From Mobula birostris (Eukaryota): a DNA stretch of 64,000 nucleotides. The notes under the pieces are model-generated. The model had not been told where the DNA came from. It saw nothing but the letters and a program-made list of their open reading frames with translations, and made no database searches. Location: assembly GCF_030028105.1 (NCBI RefSeq), contig NC_092382.1, positions 99,588,699-99,652,698 on the forward strand, read 5' to 3'. The position numbers were made by a program, and so were the translations under genes. Of this stretch, positions 13,424 through 26,683 are shown piece by piece (within the stretch, counting starts at the first letter, position 1; the number at the start of each line of letters is the position of its first letter).

Positions 13424-16400
13424 TTTTTTTTTTTAATTTTATTTTTATTTGGATAAGGAATTCACAAATATCATGTACTTTTTTCACACATATAACCTTT
13501 TCCATTTTTTATATGTATAAAACTACAATTATTTATACATTCTTAAGTACACATTGAGATGATATAAAAGGAAAATAAACATTTAAATAGATAATTATGT
13601 ACTGTGGTAAATCTAACCTATTAGGCTAAGTAATGGAATTAGTTGCTAAGAAAAATGGTAATAATAGTTTCCATATAACCCTCCTGGACCATTTCCAGTG
13701 GTCCAAAATGTTGTATATAAGCCTATGTACCAACCATTGTAGGTGTTTATATCCTAAATTGTTCATGCTTGCTCCTGCCCGCGGACATAATTATCCAATC
13801 CCTATGTACTTATTTACTTATTTTTTATACCTTTCCCAAATCTTTCCCTTTACTTGTGTTAATTCTCTATTTTCCAAAAGAAAACAAAAAAAAAACAAAC
13901 AAACATTTAGACTAGGGGTGCTTACGTTAGCAATATTACTGTGTTGATGAAATGAGCAGTATAATTCATTAGGAGAGTCATCTAAAGTCTGCTCGCATTG
14001 GGGTTATATATTCAATCCATTTATTCCAGATTTGATATTTTTTTTTCTTTTTGCGTTCTCAGGGAGTAAGTCAACTTTTCCATTTTAAATATTTCCAAGA
14101 TAATTTCGTACCAATCTTCTAATTTAGGTGGTATTGGATTTACCCATTTTCTAGTGATTGATTTCTTACTTGCCGCTAAGAGGGCCTGCAGCAACTTTAT
14201 ATCTTCCTTGTGTTCAAGAAACAATACATGCTCCAAATAGAGCGTCTCAAAGTTCAGAGGTATCTGGGACCTAAGTACCTTAACTAATGTTCTATGAATA
14301 CCTTCCCTAAATAGACTTAATTTAGGGCAATCCCAGAAATTATGAAAATGATTTGCCTCCTTGGAGCTGCACCTTCTCCAACACATCACATTTGTATCTT
14401 TATATTTTTCCTGATATGGGGTCTTGAAGTATCTTATGATGTTTTTCCAACAATGTTCTCTCCAAGTCAAAGAATTAGTCGGGGACCATTGAAAGCTGCA
14501 GATCTCCCCCCAAACCTCCTCTGGAAGTACCAACTCCGCTTCTTTCTCCCACTTCTCTTTAATATACAGTGTATTTACATTTTTAGCATGGGAGAGTGCA
14601 TTATATAATCGAGAAACTGATTTACTAGGTATTGAACTGCAAGCCGAATTCAGAATCTTGAAAAATTCTAATTCTACGTTTGATAGGTCTGTATATCTAC
14701 AACTCTGGTTAACATAGTTTCATACTTGAAGGTACCTAAAAAAGTCATTATGTTCTAGGCCATGCTTGTTTTGCAGGATTTGGAAACTTTGTAAAACTCT
14801 TTTATCTATAAATGAGAGGTAGGTTGTAAGACCTTTCTTCATCCATAGCTCAAATCTTTTATCTCCTCTGTTGGGAAGGAATTCGGTGTCATATGCACAC
14901 CATCTAAAGAGTTTTAACATGTTATTAATTCCACATGAATTAACCACCTTCTGCCATACTTTTAATGTAAGATTTATCCAAGCGTTTTTAATTTTTTCCA
15001 ACTGGGCCATCAATCCATTGTCAGCTATTGAGGCCTGAAGAGGAAAACTGTCAACTAATCCAAATTCTATTTCCTTCCATCTAGCCTTATATTCCCTATT
15101 ACACCAATATAACAGAGGGGTTATCTGTGAGGCATAAAAATAATTTCTCAGGAAAGGAAGAACCATACCTCCTCCTTCCTTTTCTAACTGTAAGGTGTTA
15201 TATCGAATTCTAGGTTTCTTTCCTTGCTAAATGAAGCGGGAAATCCATTTGTCCCATTCCCTGAATTGATTATCATCCACCTCCACTGGTAAAGTACGGA
15301 AAAGATACAATAACCGAGGAAGAATATTCATTTTTATAGTATTTATCCTTCAATTTAATCTTAAAAAGGGGATAGGATTCCATCTATGCACATCTGCTTT
15401 TATCTCTGAGATTAATGGCCCATAATTTAGCTGTGACAATGTTGAAAGATCCTTCGGCAGGGTTATTCCTAAATAGTTTAATGATTTAGCTTCCCACTTA
15501 AGATCGTATGTATCCTGCAATATTTTGGATGGTGTATAATTTAAGGACATAACCTGCGTTTTCTTTACATTTATTTTATAACCTGATATTTTCCCAAAGT
15601 CATCCAACAGTGTAAACAATCCTATAAATGATTTTTCTGGTTCACTCAGATAGACCAAAACATCATCTGCGAATAACGCCACTTTCTGTTCAATCCCTGC
15701 CACCTTGACACCTTTTACGATTACGCTCTGTCTTATTAGTTGGGCAAGCGGTTCAATATATAGCGCAAAAAGGAGAGGAGAAATTGGGCATCCCTGTCTA
15801 GTGCCTCTCTCTAAGCTGAAGGAGTCAGAGAGGTCCCAATTTATCTTAATTCGGGCTGTAGGGCTGTCATATAGAGTCTGAATTACTTTAATAAACTTTT
15901 CTTGAAAGCCCAATCTTCCTAACACTCTTAATAGAAATGCCCAACTAACCGAATCAAAAGCTTTCTCAGCGTCCAATCCTACTACCATTGTCTCAGTCTC
16001 GTTCTTATTAACCTGTTCTAATATGTGCAGAGTTCTCCTTATGTTGTCCTGTGTTTGTCTTTGCTGAATAAATCCAGTCTGGTCTAAGTGGATTAGGCCA
16101 GGTAAAAGCTTTTCCAATCTGCGCGCTAATATAGTTGTAAATAGTTTGTAATCTAAATTAAGAAAACTTATTGGCCGATAATTGCCACATTCTAGTTTAT
16201 CTTTACCCTCTTTAGGAATAACTGAAATAACCGCTTCTCTCCAGGAAGGTGGAGTTTCTCCTCTCTGCAAGATCCAATTAAAGGTGTTAAGTAGTAATGG
16301 GTCTAACTGTGTCTTCAGGGACTTGTACCACTCTTAGGTAAACCCATCAGAACCCGGGGACTTTCCAGTCTTTAACCTAGAGATGGCCACGTTCAGTTCT

Positions 16401-16852
16401 TTGACAGTTACTGATTCTAATAAACTTTCATTTTGTAAATCTGTAAGTTTAGGTAGATCTAAAAAAATTCAATACACTGTCTATATAGGGCTCATTGGGG
16501 GCCCGGGGTTGGGAGTACAGCTCTCGATAATATGTTTCAAAACTCTCTTGAATTTTCCCTATTGTACTCTCCACAAGCTTTGTCTTTGGATTCTTTATTT
16601 TATGAATTGTATTGTCTGCTTGTTGTTTTCGTAATTTATATGCTAATAATCTAGCTGATTTACCTCCTACTTCATAATTCTTTTGTCTCAGGTAAAAATA
16701 TCGTATATTTCACTTTGCAATTTCCTAATTTCCTGTTTTCGATTTGAATTACTTTTGTTGCTATCCTCTCCAGTAGCGACTCCGGTTGGGTGATAACTTT
16801 AATAGGTAGTCCCCGTCCGCCAGGTCCAACGTTGCCTCCTCCACCGTAGCGT
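13424..16852 (-). mobile_element. 5'-truncated L1-clade LINE (ORF2 RT plus zinc knuckle, poly(A) tail)
   Basis: ORF 15350-16270 (YRPISFLNLDYK, LDAEKAFDSVSW, RGTRQGCPISPLLFAL, LFADDVL), ORF 14021-14533 (CWRRCSSKEANHFHNFWDCPKL), and a T-run at 13424-13435. Confidence 0.93.
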
Positions 16853-17236
16853 AACTGTAAAATATGGAAATTATAAAGTAATCTTGCTTAAAATAGTAAA
16901 GAAATGCGTCATCTTTAACTTTATGCCTTTTGGAAATCTGGTCATCTTTTACTGGCTTAGCGATTCACAGCAACAGAAATTTTGACCGGGGTGCCAAAAG
17001 TTTGCATGCCAGTGTATGCAACTGTAATCTTTTAGAACTATCTTTGCAATATTTACTTTTTATCTGTGGATATCATAATTGTGTTTTTGTTTATTTGCTG
17101 CGTGTACCTTCCTTTCCAAACTGGTTGCATATCAGTGCCCAGCTGTGTGTCAATAAGCGTCTCAATTTTGTGTCCATTTACAGACACGGCATGCATCCCT
17201 GGCGAGCCGGCTGCTGGGATTATTAGATACACTTCC
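16853..17236. repeat. Right copy of ~383-bp direct duplication (includes Tc1 right end)
   Basis: Near-identical to 13041-13423. Confidence 0.95.
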
Positions 17237-17503
17237 AATCTGCTTTTGTATCGCTTCTCTGACTGTCCGCCCATAAAGGGTTAACTGCACCGGTCATCCG
17301 TAGAACCTAATGAAGGGAGTGTCCGAGGGGATTGTCGACGTCACCGCGGAGGTGTGGCTGCTGGTTGTCTGCTCTCTTAATATGTCGCCCTCACAACGAC
17401 AGTGTCAGTGAGAGCCGCCAGTCTACGCTATCAGAGACCAGCGGCTGCAGACAGCGAGAAGACAGAGACCGGGTGCCGAACAGGAATCTGGACTATCGCA
17501 GCA

Positions 17504-17684
17504 ATGGATTATAATCTGCGAAGTGCATCGCCCAGTGCCACGGGAATAGCGAGGAATATTTTCTGGGCGTATCAATATCTTGTTGAATACCCCGAATGGC
17601 TGACGTTGGACTCTCGAATCACTCTTGCGCTTCTGACATTCCAACTGGTTTACTACCCGGTACTCGCAATTGTAGCTCTGCTTG
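17504..17684 (+). CDS. Exon 1 of GPR139/GPR142-like class A GPCR (N-terminus and start of TM1)
   Basis: ATG 17504, MDYNLRSAS...LVYYPVLAIVALL, 181 nt ending at a phase-1 donor G|GTAAGC that joins in frame to exon 2. YYPVLA..V-N matches the family TM1 pattern. Confidence 0.8.
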
Positions 17685-17999
17685 GTAAGCGTCTAGTCTC
17701 TTCCTGTTAATTGCGTTGAAAAATATAAGTCAGCCTCCCTTTCATACCTGTCCTCTAACGACTTGCTAGTTGCAAGACGGGACTTTCCAACCGGTATCGC
17801 TTCATCAAGCATCGGCTGAGTGTGTTTGATACAGTACGTCATGGATATCTTATTGCGAGCGTAAGGAGACATGTGATCCAAGGGGACTTTGTTATGTGGA
17901 TCGAGAGACGGCTTGCCCACAGAAGGCAAAGTGTTGTTACAGACTGTCGATTCTGCATTGAGTTCGTTGACTAGCGTGTGCCTCAGGGATCTGTTCTGG

Positions 18000-19100
18000 C
18001 ACCCCGACTCTTCGTGATGAGGAAGTGGAGCGATGGGTCAGTAATTTTGGTGATGAAAAAAGGTTGGGGGTGTTGTACGTAGTGTGGAGGGCTGTCAGAG
18101 GTTACTGCGGGACATTGATAGAATGAACAACTGCGTTAAGAAGGGTCAGATGGAGTTCAACACAGACAAGTGTGAGGTCGTTCTATTTGGTAGGTCAAAT
18201 CTGATGGCAGAGTGTATTATGAACGGAAATAATTAAAATAATTAAGTAGTTCCAACTTCTCACCAGGTCAAAAGCAGAAGGTCACGGGGGCATCATTACT
18301 GCCATGATCTGTCGGCGACGCACAGAGTGCAGAGGAAACTGACAGCGTGCAGTGGGATTTTAATATGTTCACCGAATGTAACACGTTTTTGCTTGAATCA
18401 CAAACGTTTAGTTTGCAGGTTCAGCAGGCTATCAATAAGGCAAATGGCATGTACGCCTTTGTTTCTCGAGGTATTGAGTTTAACAGCAGGGAGGTTCTGC
18501 TGCAACTGCACAAAGTACTGGTGAGGCGGCATTTGAGGAAATGTGCAGTTGTGGTCTCCCGACTTGAAGATGTGTAAATTAGCTGTGCCGGCGGTTCACC
18601 AGTTGATTCCAGAGATGAGGTGCTTCAGCTCCGAGGGGGAATTGAGTCGCCTGGGATCGTACCCGCTGGAACTCAGAAGAATGAGAGGAAATCTTCTAGA
18701 ATTATGGAATGGATAGAAAGATAGGAACAGTAAAGTTGTTTCCCCTATTAGGTGAGACTAGAACCATGGAACATAGCCTGAGGATCCTGTGGAATAAATT
18801 GAGGATCGTGATGAGGACAAACGTCTTCTGTCAGAGGCTAGTGAATCTGTGGACTTCTCTGCTCAATGAAGCAGTGGAGGCTAGCTCAATAAATATATTG
18901 AAGACTGGCTGCCATAGCTTTTGCATCGTAGACGAATTAACGGGCTGAGAGGAAAAGGTAGTTATGCGGCGGTGAGTCCTTGGTCAGGTCAGCTATCATC
19001 ATCTTCATTGCCAGATCACGCCAGTTCGAACAGATGGACTATTCCTGCTCCTATTACTAAAGTTCTTGTGTTTTCTCTCGTCATTACAGTTGAAGGAAGT
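18000..19100 (+). mobile_element. Decayed CR1 RT and 3' fragments in the GPCR intron
   Basis: Fragments such as KANGMYAFVSRGIEFNSREVLLQLHKVLVR and CQRLVNLWTSL. Confidence 0.7.
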
Positions 19101-19980
19101 TGAATTACTGTCACCGGGATACTTGGTAATTAATTAGTTCATTATTCTCTCAACACTTCCCGTTTGCAGCTCCTTCTTCTAGTGACAAAGATCAGAATAC
19201 ATTCCTTCAATCGGTTGCTATCTCTGCTTTGACCATAAGGTTCCGGAGCTAAATTCGGCCATTCGATCACCGAACCTTCCCCGCCATTCAATCGAAGCTG
19301 ATTCATTATCGCTCTCAACCACATTCGGGCGCCCAGTCCCGTAGCCATCGACGACCCAATGAATCAAGCGCACATCTCGTCCTCTAACAATGGTTCAATG
19401 ACCTGCCTCCCACAGCCGTCTGCGGCGATTAATTCCACACACTCACCTGTCTCGGTCTGAAGAAGTTACTACCCATCTCCGTTCTAAATAGATGTCCCAT
19501 AGCCATCGGCGGCCCGATGAATGAATAGCCCATCATACCCCTCGGCAAATGGTTCCAATGAGCTGCACCGCCCCACCCCCCAACACCCCAGCCGTCTGTG
19601 GCGATGAACTCCACACATTCACCTGTCTTGGTTTAAATAATTTTCTACCCATCTCTGTTTTAAAGGGATGCCTTTCTATTTTGAAGCCTCGTCTGCAGGT
19701 TGCAGACTCCCCCACTGCACCAGCAACACTCTCAAAGTCCACGATATCTAGGCCTTTCAATGTTCCATAGTTTTCAATGCGATTCCCTTCATTCTTCTGA
19801 ACTTCAGCAGGTACATTGCAATCACTACCAATTTAATAATTGCTTCCGATATTCTTCCGAGTAGATTCATTAACGCCATGTTCATCTCTGCTTTTGGAAG
19901 AGCTATAGATGAAAATAATTGTTTTCAGAAAATGCTTCCATCCAACTGCGTGTTAATCTTCCATATCTCCCTCCGCACAG

Positions 19981-20906
19981 TGAACGTTGTGACAATCGTC
20001 ATCCTGTCTCGGGGAAAGTGCGGTCTCTCCAAAGGCGTCACAAGGTACCTGGTTGCCATGGTAGCAGCGGATCAGCTCGTCGTTCTCTTCGATCTGGTAT
20101 TGAGCAAAATTCCGCTGACTTACATGCCATTGGCGGATTTACTCTGGTCGGACCGAGTTCCCGTGTGTAATATCCACGCCGTTCTGTTCTACGCCGCCAC
20201 GGACTGTTCTGTGTGGTTCACCGTCACTTTCACCTTTGATCGATTTGTCGCCATTTGTTTTCAGGAGCTGAAACGAAAATACTGCACCGGGCGAGCGGCG
20301 GCTCTGGTTCTGGGGACAGTGACTGTGCTGATCTGCGTAAAGAACATATTCTGGTACTTTATGCTCACTGGGTCATATTCGTTAATAATTACGTCCGTGC
20401 TCTGTATGACTAGTCCCCGTTTCTTTTCCCCATCTCAGGAGGCAACATTTGAACTGATGCATTTCTTCCTCAACCCAATATTCCCTTTTGCCCTGATTCT
20501 CCTGCTCAACAGTTTAACTATCAGGCACGTCTTGGTGGCCAGCCGACCCCGGAGGAGACTCCGCTGTTCGCGCAATGGCGAGACTCCCGCCGACCCGGAG
20601 ATGAAGAACCGCCGTCAGTCCCTCCTGCTACTGCTGGTGATGTCGGGGAATTTCATCCTGCTGTGGGCGTTGCTGACGGTGTATTCCGTATGGGATTGCG
20701 TGCATTTTTACAATTTCGGGAAACTCCCGAATTCTCTGCGGGAGCTGGGCTACATTCTGCAACTGCTGAGCTGCTGCACCAACACGGCCCTTTACGCCGT
20801 GGTCCAGTCCAGGTTCAGGGTACAGCTGAAGGAGACAGTGAGATCGCCCTTCAGTCTCATGGCAAAGTTTACTCGGCGTTGTCAGAATTGCATTAATTCT
20901 CAGTAA
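19981..20906 (+). CDS. Exon 2 of GPR139/GPR142-like GPCR (TM1-TM7); spliced product about 368 aa
   Basis: Acceptor CCGCACAG| at 19980. NVVTIVILSRGKCGLSK, CNIHAVLFYAATDCSVWFTVTFTFDRFVAIC, DPEMKNRRQS, QLLSCCTNTALY. Open frame to TAA 20906. Confidence 0.92.
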
Positions 20907-23250
20907 TGCTTCTCCCATACCATGCAAGATATTTCATTTCCTCTGTTACGTTAATTGGTCATTATAAATTAAAGGGCCGCTGGTACCGAGATACATTGCG
21001 CCATCTAAGGACCAACAGTTGAGAACCTACTGGACGTAAAACTTTTGAGACTGTCTTGTTCCACAAGGCTGATGCATAAGACCGAGCTGCATCAGATAGC
21101 ATGTATTTAACTTTGTCCTGGACATGGAGGGCAGAGGGCAGTGGTGGACGGCAGCCATTCTGCATGTCACAAGTGTTGGCGATGTCCTGGTGTTTACCTT
21201 GGATGTAAATTGGGATAACTCATAAATATTCTTCTTGGCGGCACAAAAGTTAATGTAGTTGTGGATGTTGAAGAAACTTTGTAAGTTTGCAGTTGGGTTG
21301 AAAATGTGGTCAGAGAAATCAAAACGGTGTCAAAGTAATACGACAGTTCAGTGTTTGTTGTTTCGAAACGATGGAGAAAGACGGGAATATCTCTTCGACA
21401 GGTAAGTCCATGAGTATGACCCACTGCTGTTTGACACACACTCAAAACATTAAAAAAAACTAGATTCCTATGCCAGCAGAAGGTGGCAGTCGACAATGCT
21501 GAGATTTCAAAGTTGTCACCCGGGAATCGTATTTTAGTCACAATGGAGGAACAACAGTCTATAGGTAAAGTTCGACGATGAGTTATTCCGGGGTTAGTGA
21601 TATACATAACTGACTCGGACGTATGCAAATGAGCTGAGTAATTATCTTGCGGACAAGAGACACAAAAATTCGTTTATTTTGCGACATGTACAAAGTGCCG
21701 GAGGATCTTCAGGCGGTAATTTCAAATGAACTCTAAAGAGCAAGACCGTTACACAGAGAGCAGTGGGTGCATGGGAAGCACTTCCTGGTGTGGTGGTAGA
21801 GACACTAGGAGGGAAGACCTTGAAGAGAAGCTGAGACAGAGATGTGTCTCTGAGGAAAATGGAAAGACATACTCATAATGCAAGCAGAGAATATTGGTTA
21901 GCCATCATGTTACTGATTTAAATATTTCAAGATGTTGTTTGCAACTTGACTCTGGCAGCCTCTACGACAACACTGCTGTCAAACTCTTGCGGCGCTTGTC
22001 CTTCGCTTGGACTACTTTAGTGACGCGAAGAAGCCGGTGCATGGACAACAGCCGGTTCTTCAAATGTTCCCGCCCAGTCTGCGCCCTGGAGGGGACGCAG
22101 TTCACCAGAGACGCGAACCAATGATCCCCTGGCATTTCCGGCTACTACTACCATTACTACTTCTACTTACCCTCATAACCTGGTTTATCTCTGTCAAATC
22201 TCCCCTCAATCTTCTGCATCCCAAGCAATAAAGTCCTAACCTATCCAATTTTTCCTTATAACTGATGTCCTTGAATCCCGGAGACATTCTTGTAAATTTT
22301 ACTTTCGATCGTACTTAGATGCTTCCTGTAGGTCGATGAAAAAATTTGCACCCAATACTTTAAATTAGGGCTCTGCAAAGTCTTATTCAAATTCAACATA
22401 ACACCCTATCTCCTGCACCCAATCGTCAGCTCAACTTAGATTATCGTCTAGCCTCTAGTGCAGTTGTCTGTTCTCGCTTCAGTCTCGCATCGTCATTCCA
22501 GCCTCGGATCCCCCAACACTTGGGTCCAAGCATTCTATTGCGAGAGGGGCAACGGCCACAAATCGGCGTCAGTCGTTTTACTTTCTCAGAATGCTAACGC
22601 GCACTCCGGCAAATTTGAAATTGCATCCGGTTTTGCAAATCGCACGCACAGGAGAGCAACAAACCACAAGGATTAGTTGTCCCTGCCCTATTCACCCCGA
22701 GCACATCCCTCCCCACCATCGGGCGTACACACAGCAGTCGCAGCCTCAAGTTGGCTGCTTCCTCCAGCACAGCATCCACCACCCCTACCCCGCCCCCCCC
22801 CCCAGCCATCTGCACCACGCCGTCCTCTCGCACACCCTATTGGACTGTAGGTACAGAAGGTGTCAGTTCTCACACGGCCAGGTTCGGGAACAATTACTTC
22901 CCTTGAAACATTCAGGGCAAAGGGACTGTCACAAACCAAATCGTTACCTTTGTACAGCATCATTTTGCTCTAGTATGGACACTGTTCCTTTTTTAACGTG
23001 TTGTGTACTACAACCAATGTGTATAATTAATGTTTAATTGTTTTTTTTTTTCTGGCGAGCTTTGTGTCTCTGATGTTGCTGGAAGTTCGTTTTACACTGC
23101 ACCTGTGCACACAGGAAGTTGTGCAGATGGCCAGAAAAGAGTCTCGCGATTTTTCTTTACGAAACTAAGTTTGACTTCGACTTCTCTGTTCTGCGATAAT
23201 CTTGCAGCCCTCCAGTCTGCTTCCGCTCCCCTGACTCTCGCGCTTCTGGG

Positions 23251-23289
23251 AGTTTTTGTCGCGCTCCGGTAACTATCGGCGCCGCCGTG
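23251..23289 (-). other. 23-RSS (CACGGCG-23-ACAAAAACT)
   Basis: Heptamer 23283-23289, spacer 23260-23282, nonamer 23251-23259. Confidence 0.92.
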
Positions 23290-23585
23290 AGTACTCCAGG
23301 CGCAGAAAAGCAAGGCCGAGTGACTGACTTGCAGCTCGGAGGACTTCAGGAGGAACAGCAGTTCCTCCGGTCGTTCGGCGACGAATCCATCGCCCACCTC
23401 CTGTGCAGTTACCGCCCCCGGGCTCACGGAATAAAACAGGTTCCGAAGCTGCTCTCCCGCGCGCTGCCGATACCAGAACATATAGAAGGTGCCGCTGCCC
23501 GACAGAGTTCAGTTTAGTGTCACATTGTCTCCTAGAGAGCCGCTGTGAGCCACTGGAGTCTGCTGGATGGTCTGCGAGCTCGCGG
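23290..23585 (-). pseudogene. TCR V-beta-like (CAWS family) V exon with Cys23 replaced by stop
   Basis: After acceptor TTCCCCAG: ASSQTIQQTPVAHSGSLGDNVTLN*TLSGSGTFYMFWYRQ...SHSALLFCAWST. TGA at 23509-23511. No convincing leader found. Confidence 0.9.
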
Positions 23586-24990
23586 CTGGGGAAAGATAAC
23601 GGGGAAGAGATGTGTCAGATAACAGGCAGTGTCGGACGGTGGGGTGCGGAAAGAGAATTTAGGCGCTGTGGGGTAAAGGGATCAACAGAGTAGGGGAGAG
23701 ATGGGTAGTAAGGTTCGGAAAGAAGATATAAAGAGATATAAAGTTAATTCGTAGAATTGGAATGAATCGTGTGCACCGTCCCGGTGTCTGTATCTTCCCC
23801 AACCCCCGCCCGGTTCCGTCCCACACGCCAGGAGCACCGTGCGGAGTTCCCCTCTCCATATCTCTCCCTGTGCCAGAGTCGCACCGTGCACCCCAGATAG
23901 AACAGTACAGAGCAAGCACAAGCCTGATGCCAGTCTACGTAATCGAGAATGTCGGCACGTGGCCCATGGCCCTCTTTTCCCTCTCTGTTCATGTGTCTAT
24001 CGAAATAATTCTTCAACCTCACCATCAGTACCCGCTGTGAATACAAAAGTGGTCATAGAAATCTCCTTCAAGAATTCCCTCTCTCAATTTAAAATCCCGG
24101 CCCTCTGACATCTCTGCACTGACTGTAGTTGTCCGCTCTGATCATTTTACAGACCTCTGTCAGTATCATTCCGCCGCCGACTCCACTGTTTGTCTAACAT
24201 CTTCTTAAAGCTCTCACTTACCGGGCTTGCGACCAGAAGTTAGGTGTCCGTTATAAAAAATAATAATAATGAAAAACAACACGCAGCATTTTTCCTACAA
24301 ATGCAGCCAGAAGAATTAACAATGAGAAACAATTGAATTAATATTTCAAATGTGTCCTCGACACCATTTTATAAAAAGGTGCACCCTGACATACAGATAT
24401 CGGTCCCCACAGCATTGACCGCTAAGGACCCTACTTGCGTCCATGGCCACTATCGGATCAACATGGACGGACTTTAAATTTCATCTGTCCTACGTGTCCC
24501 GCCATTGACAATGAACCTTGATTCATGCATCTAACCTCCGGCTTAAAGGAAGCGAACAAACGACAAGCAATGGAAATACGTATTAAATCTTTGCAAACGT
24601 TCTTACGGTGAGCGAAAAGCACCGTCGTGATTAACAGAATCATTCGCTCAGTCGACGTCTGTTGCTTCATCTTCAAGTAAGATGGCAGAATGTACGACGC
24701 CGCCCCCTTTATTGCGAATCTCGCCCTCTGATTGGCCGTCTCGCTCCTCTGTGTCTGATTGGGGAAGTGTGCGCAGAATCGGAGTGACAGAGGACGGATG
24801 TCCCAGTGTTGCAGAGGAAACAGGAAACACTCTCTATCCATCAGCTGAACATCTCAGCCATATCCCCGATGGAAATATACAGAGGTTATGCATATTGCAC
24901 ATCTTACCAGATTGCAATAAACTCAATAAATATCAATCAAATATTTAAAACGGGAGGTCGCTTCTTTGAAATTAATATTAGAACATTAGA

Positions 24991-25225
24991 GTAGTTGTTA
25001 GCGCGACTTTATTACAGCTCGGACTTTCCTGAGTTCAAGGTTAAATTACGACGTTGTCTGTGAGAAATTTGTACGTTCTCCGTGTGAACCGCGTGCTTTA
25101 CTCCCACATTCCAAAGACGGAACCTTTGGAACGTTAATTGATCATTCTGTTTTGCCGTGATTAGGCGAGGGTTAAAATCGGTGGGCCACGCGGCACGTTC
25201 CGCGGTGTAACCCCAAATATATAAA
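24991..25225 (+). mobile_element. HE1/V-SINE-type tRNA-derived SINE
   Basis: tRNA-like head and core (tttgtacgttctcc...ctcccacattccaaagacg...ttaattg). Related copies at ~27770-27965, ~40715-40950 and ~42040-42280. Confidence 0.65.
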
Positions 25226-26527
25226 CAATAATAAAGTACTAGGGGACAGTGCAACGATTCTTATTTCCGATTCTTATTTTAGAGTCAAGATCAAAGTTCG
25301 GTTTGTACATGTACATCTGAATCACCCTATTGCCAGTGTGCGAATCATTCCAGAACTGATTGTGATTCAATGCCAAGCAAAGAACACAGGACGACATCAT
25401 AACAGACAACATAGTAGCAACCATGGTATCATGAGCAATCAACGATTCGCAGAACGGTCAGATGCTTGGAGTTTGATGTGACTTGGAATGTCAGCAAATT
25501 CCTGCGATGGCAACACCGCTTCTTTTGAGGCTGCAAAGCACAGGACAGCAAGACGCTATCCTGTAGAGGGTTGTAGAATCAACTAGCTCCACTTGCATCA
25601 TCCAGCAAGTGGTCACAAAGGGCTATAGAATAAACTAGCCCCAGCAGGGACTCAATCTTCCCCACTACTCTGGACATTGTTCGGAGATGAGCGTTGTGCC
25701 TATCCAGCACTGAGGACCGTCGCCACCAGGGCCATGCCTTTGTCTCCCTGCGAACATCGGGTAGCAGGTAGAGAAGTTTGTATACCAGGACTTAGCGCTT
25801 CAGGAACAGCTTCTTACACTCCTCCATCAGATTTATGAGGGCACAAGAACTCATGAGGACTGCTACATTATTACCCTTTTACGCTCTCTCTGTCTCTGTC
25901 AATCTCTCTCTCTCCCTATCTAACTATCTATCTATCTATCTATCTCTCCTCCTCTTCCCCGCACTCCCCCGCTCTCTTCTCTCTTGCGAGCTCTATAACT
26001 TTACATAATGTTTTGTGGTGGACTGTTCAATTTACAGCCCCTTCAGTATCACTTACCCTCTCTCTTTCTCTCTCTCACTGTCTGCCGCTCTATCTCTGTC
26101 CATCTCCTCTCTCGCTCTCTTTCTCTCTCTCTCTTTCTCTCTCTCTCCAGCTTTTCGTGATATTTCTAACACAGCACCAACTTAGCGCCCTGTCAGTGAC
26201 ATGGGGCCGCGTTTAATTCTGTTTTCCCCGTTATTATGTGGGTCTCCTCCATGCGCCATCGATTTCTTACCATATTACAAGGAATAAAGCGTCAATTGGT
26301 CAGTTGGTCACGTGACTGAAATTGCCCTGCGCGGGTTCGTTGGGCTGCGGGTTTGCTGTAGCGCCAAAGAACGTAAATGAAGACAACTTATCTGGGAGTT
26401 CTTAAAAGAAACCACATTAGAATTAATAGAAATACATCATCACCCCTTCCAGTTGACAAAAGCATGCCGGGCTTGGCTTTGTCACTGTCACACAATGGTG
26501 GCCGACGGGCGCCCAATATTTGGCTCA

Positions 26528-26543
26528 TGCTGCCACCTCGTGG
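26528..26543 (-). promoter_or_regulatory. CTCF-like motif CCACGAGGTGGCAGCA
   Basis: Close match to the CTCF core, ~100 bp downstream of the RSS of the 26.7-kb V remnant, same strand. Confidence 0.7.
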
Positions 26544-26644
26544 AAGAAAGAAGTACTTCAGTACTGACAAAGAAAATTATAGTTAACATGGCGTTTGTCA
26601 GGTGCCTGTCTGCCTGTCGCCACCGCACCGTCCACGTTGGAGAA

Positions 26645-26683
26645 CGGTTTTGTAACGGGAGCCCCACGTCCTCAAGCTCTGCG
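26645..26683 (-). other. Damaged 23-RSS (CGCAGAG-23-ACAAAACCG)
   Basis: The invariant CAC is mutated to CGC. The spacer resembles that of the 52-62 kb family. Confidence 0.75.

Noticed and set aside
23870-23930. Minus-strand ALYCSIWG followed by CACGGTG, resembling a V end with a heptamer
   Set aside because: The sequence (ctgtactgttctat) reads as a CR1 3' end. No upstream V framework and no nonamer at 12 or 23 bp.
24222-24289. Candidate leader for the 23.3-kb V (ATG...CCCG|GTAAGT)
   Set aside because: Wrong phase, in-frame TAA and not hydrophobic.
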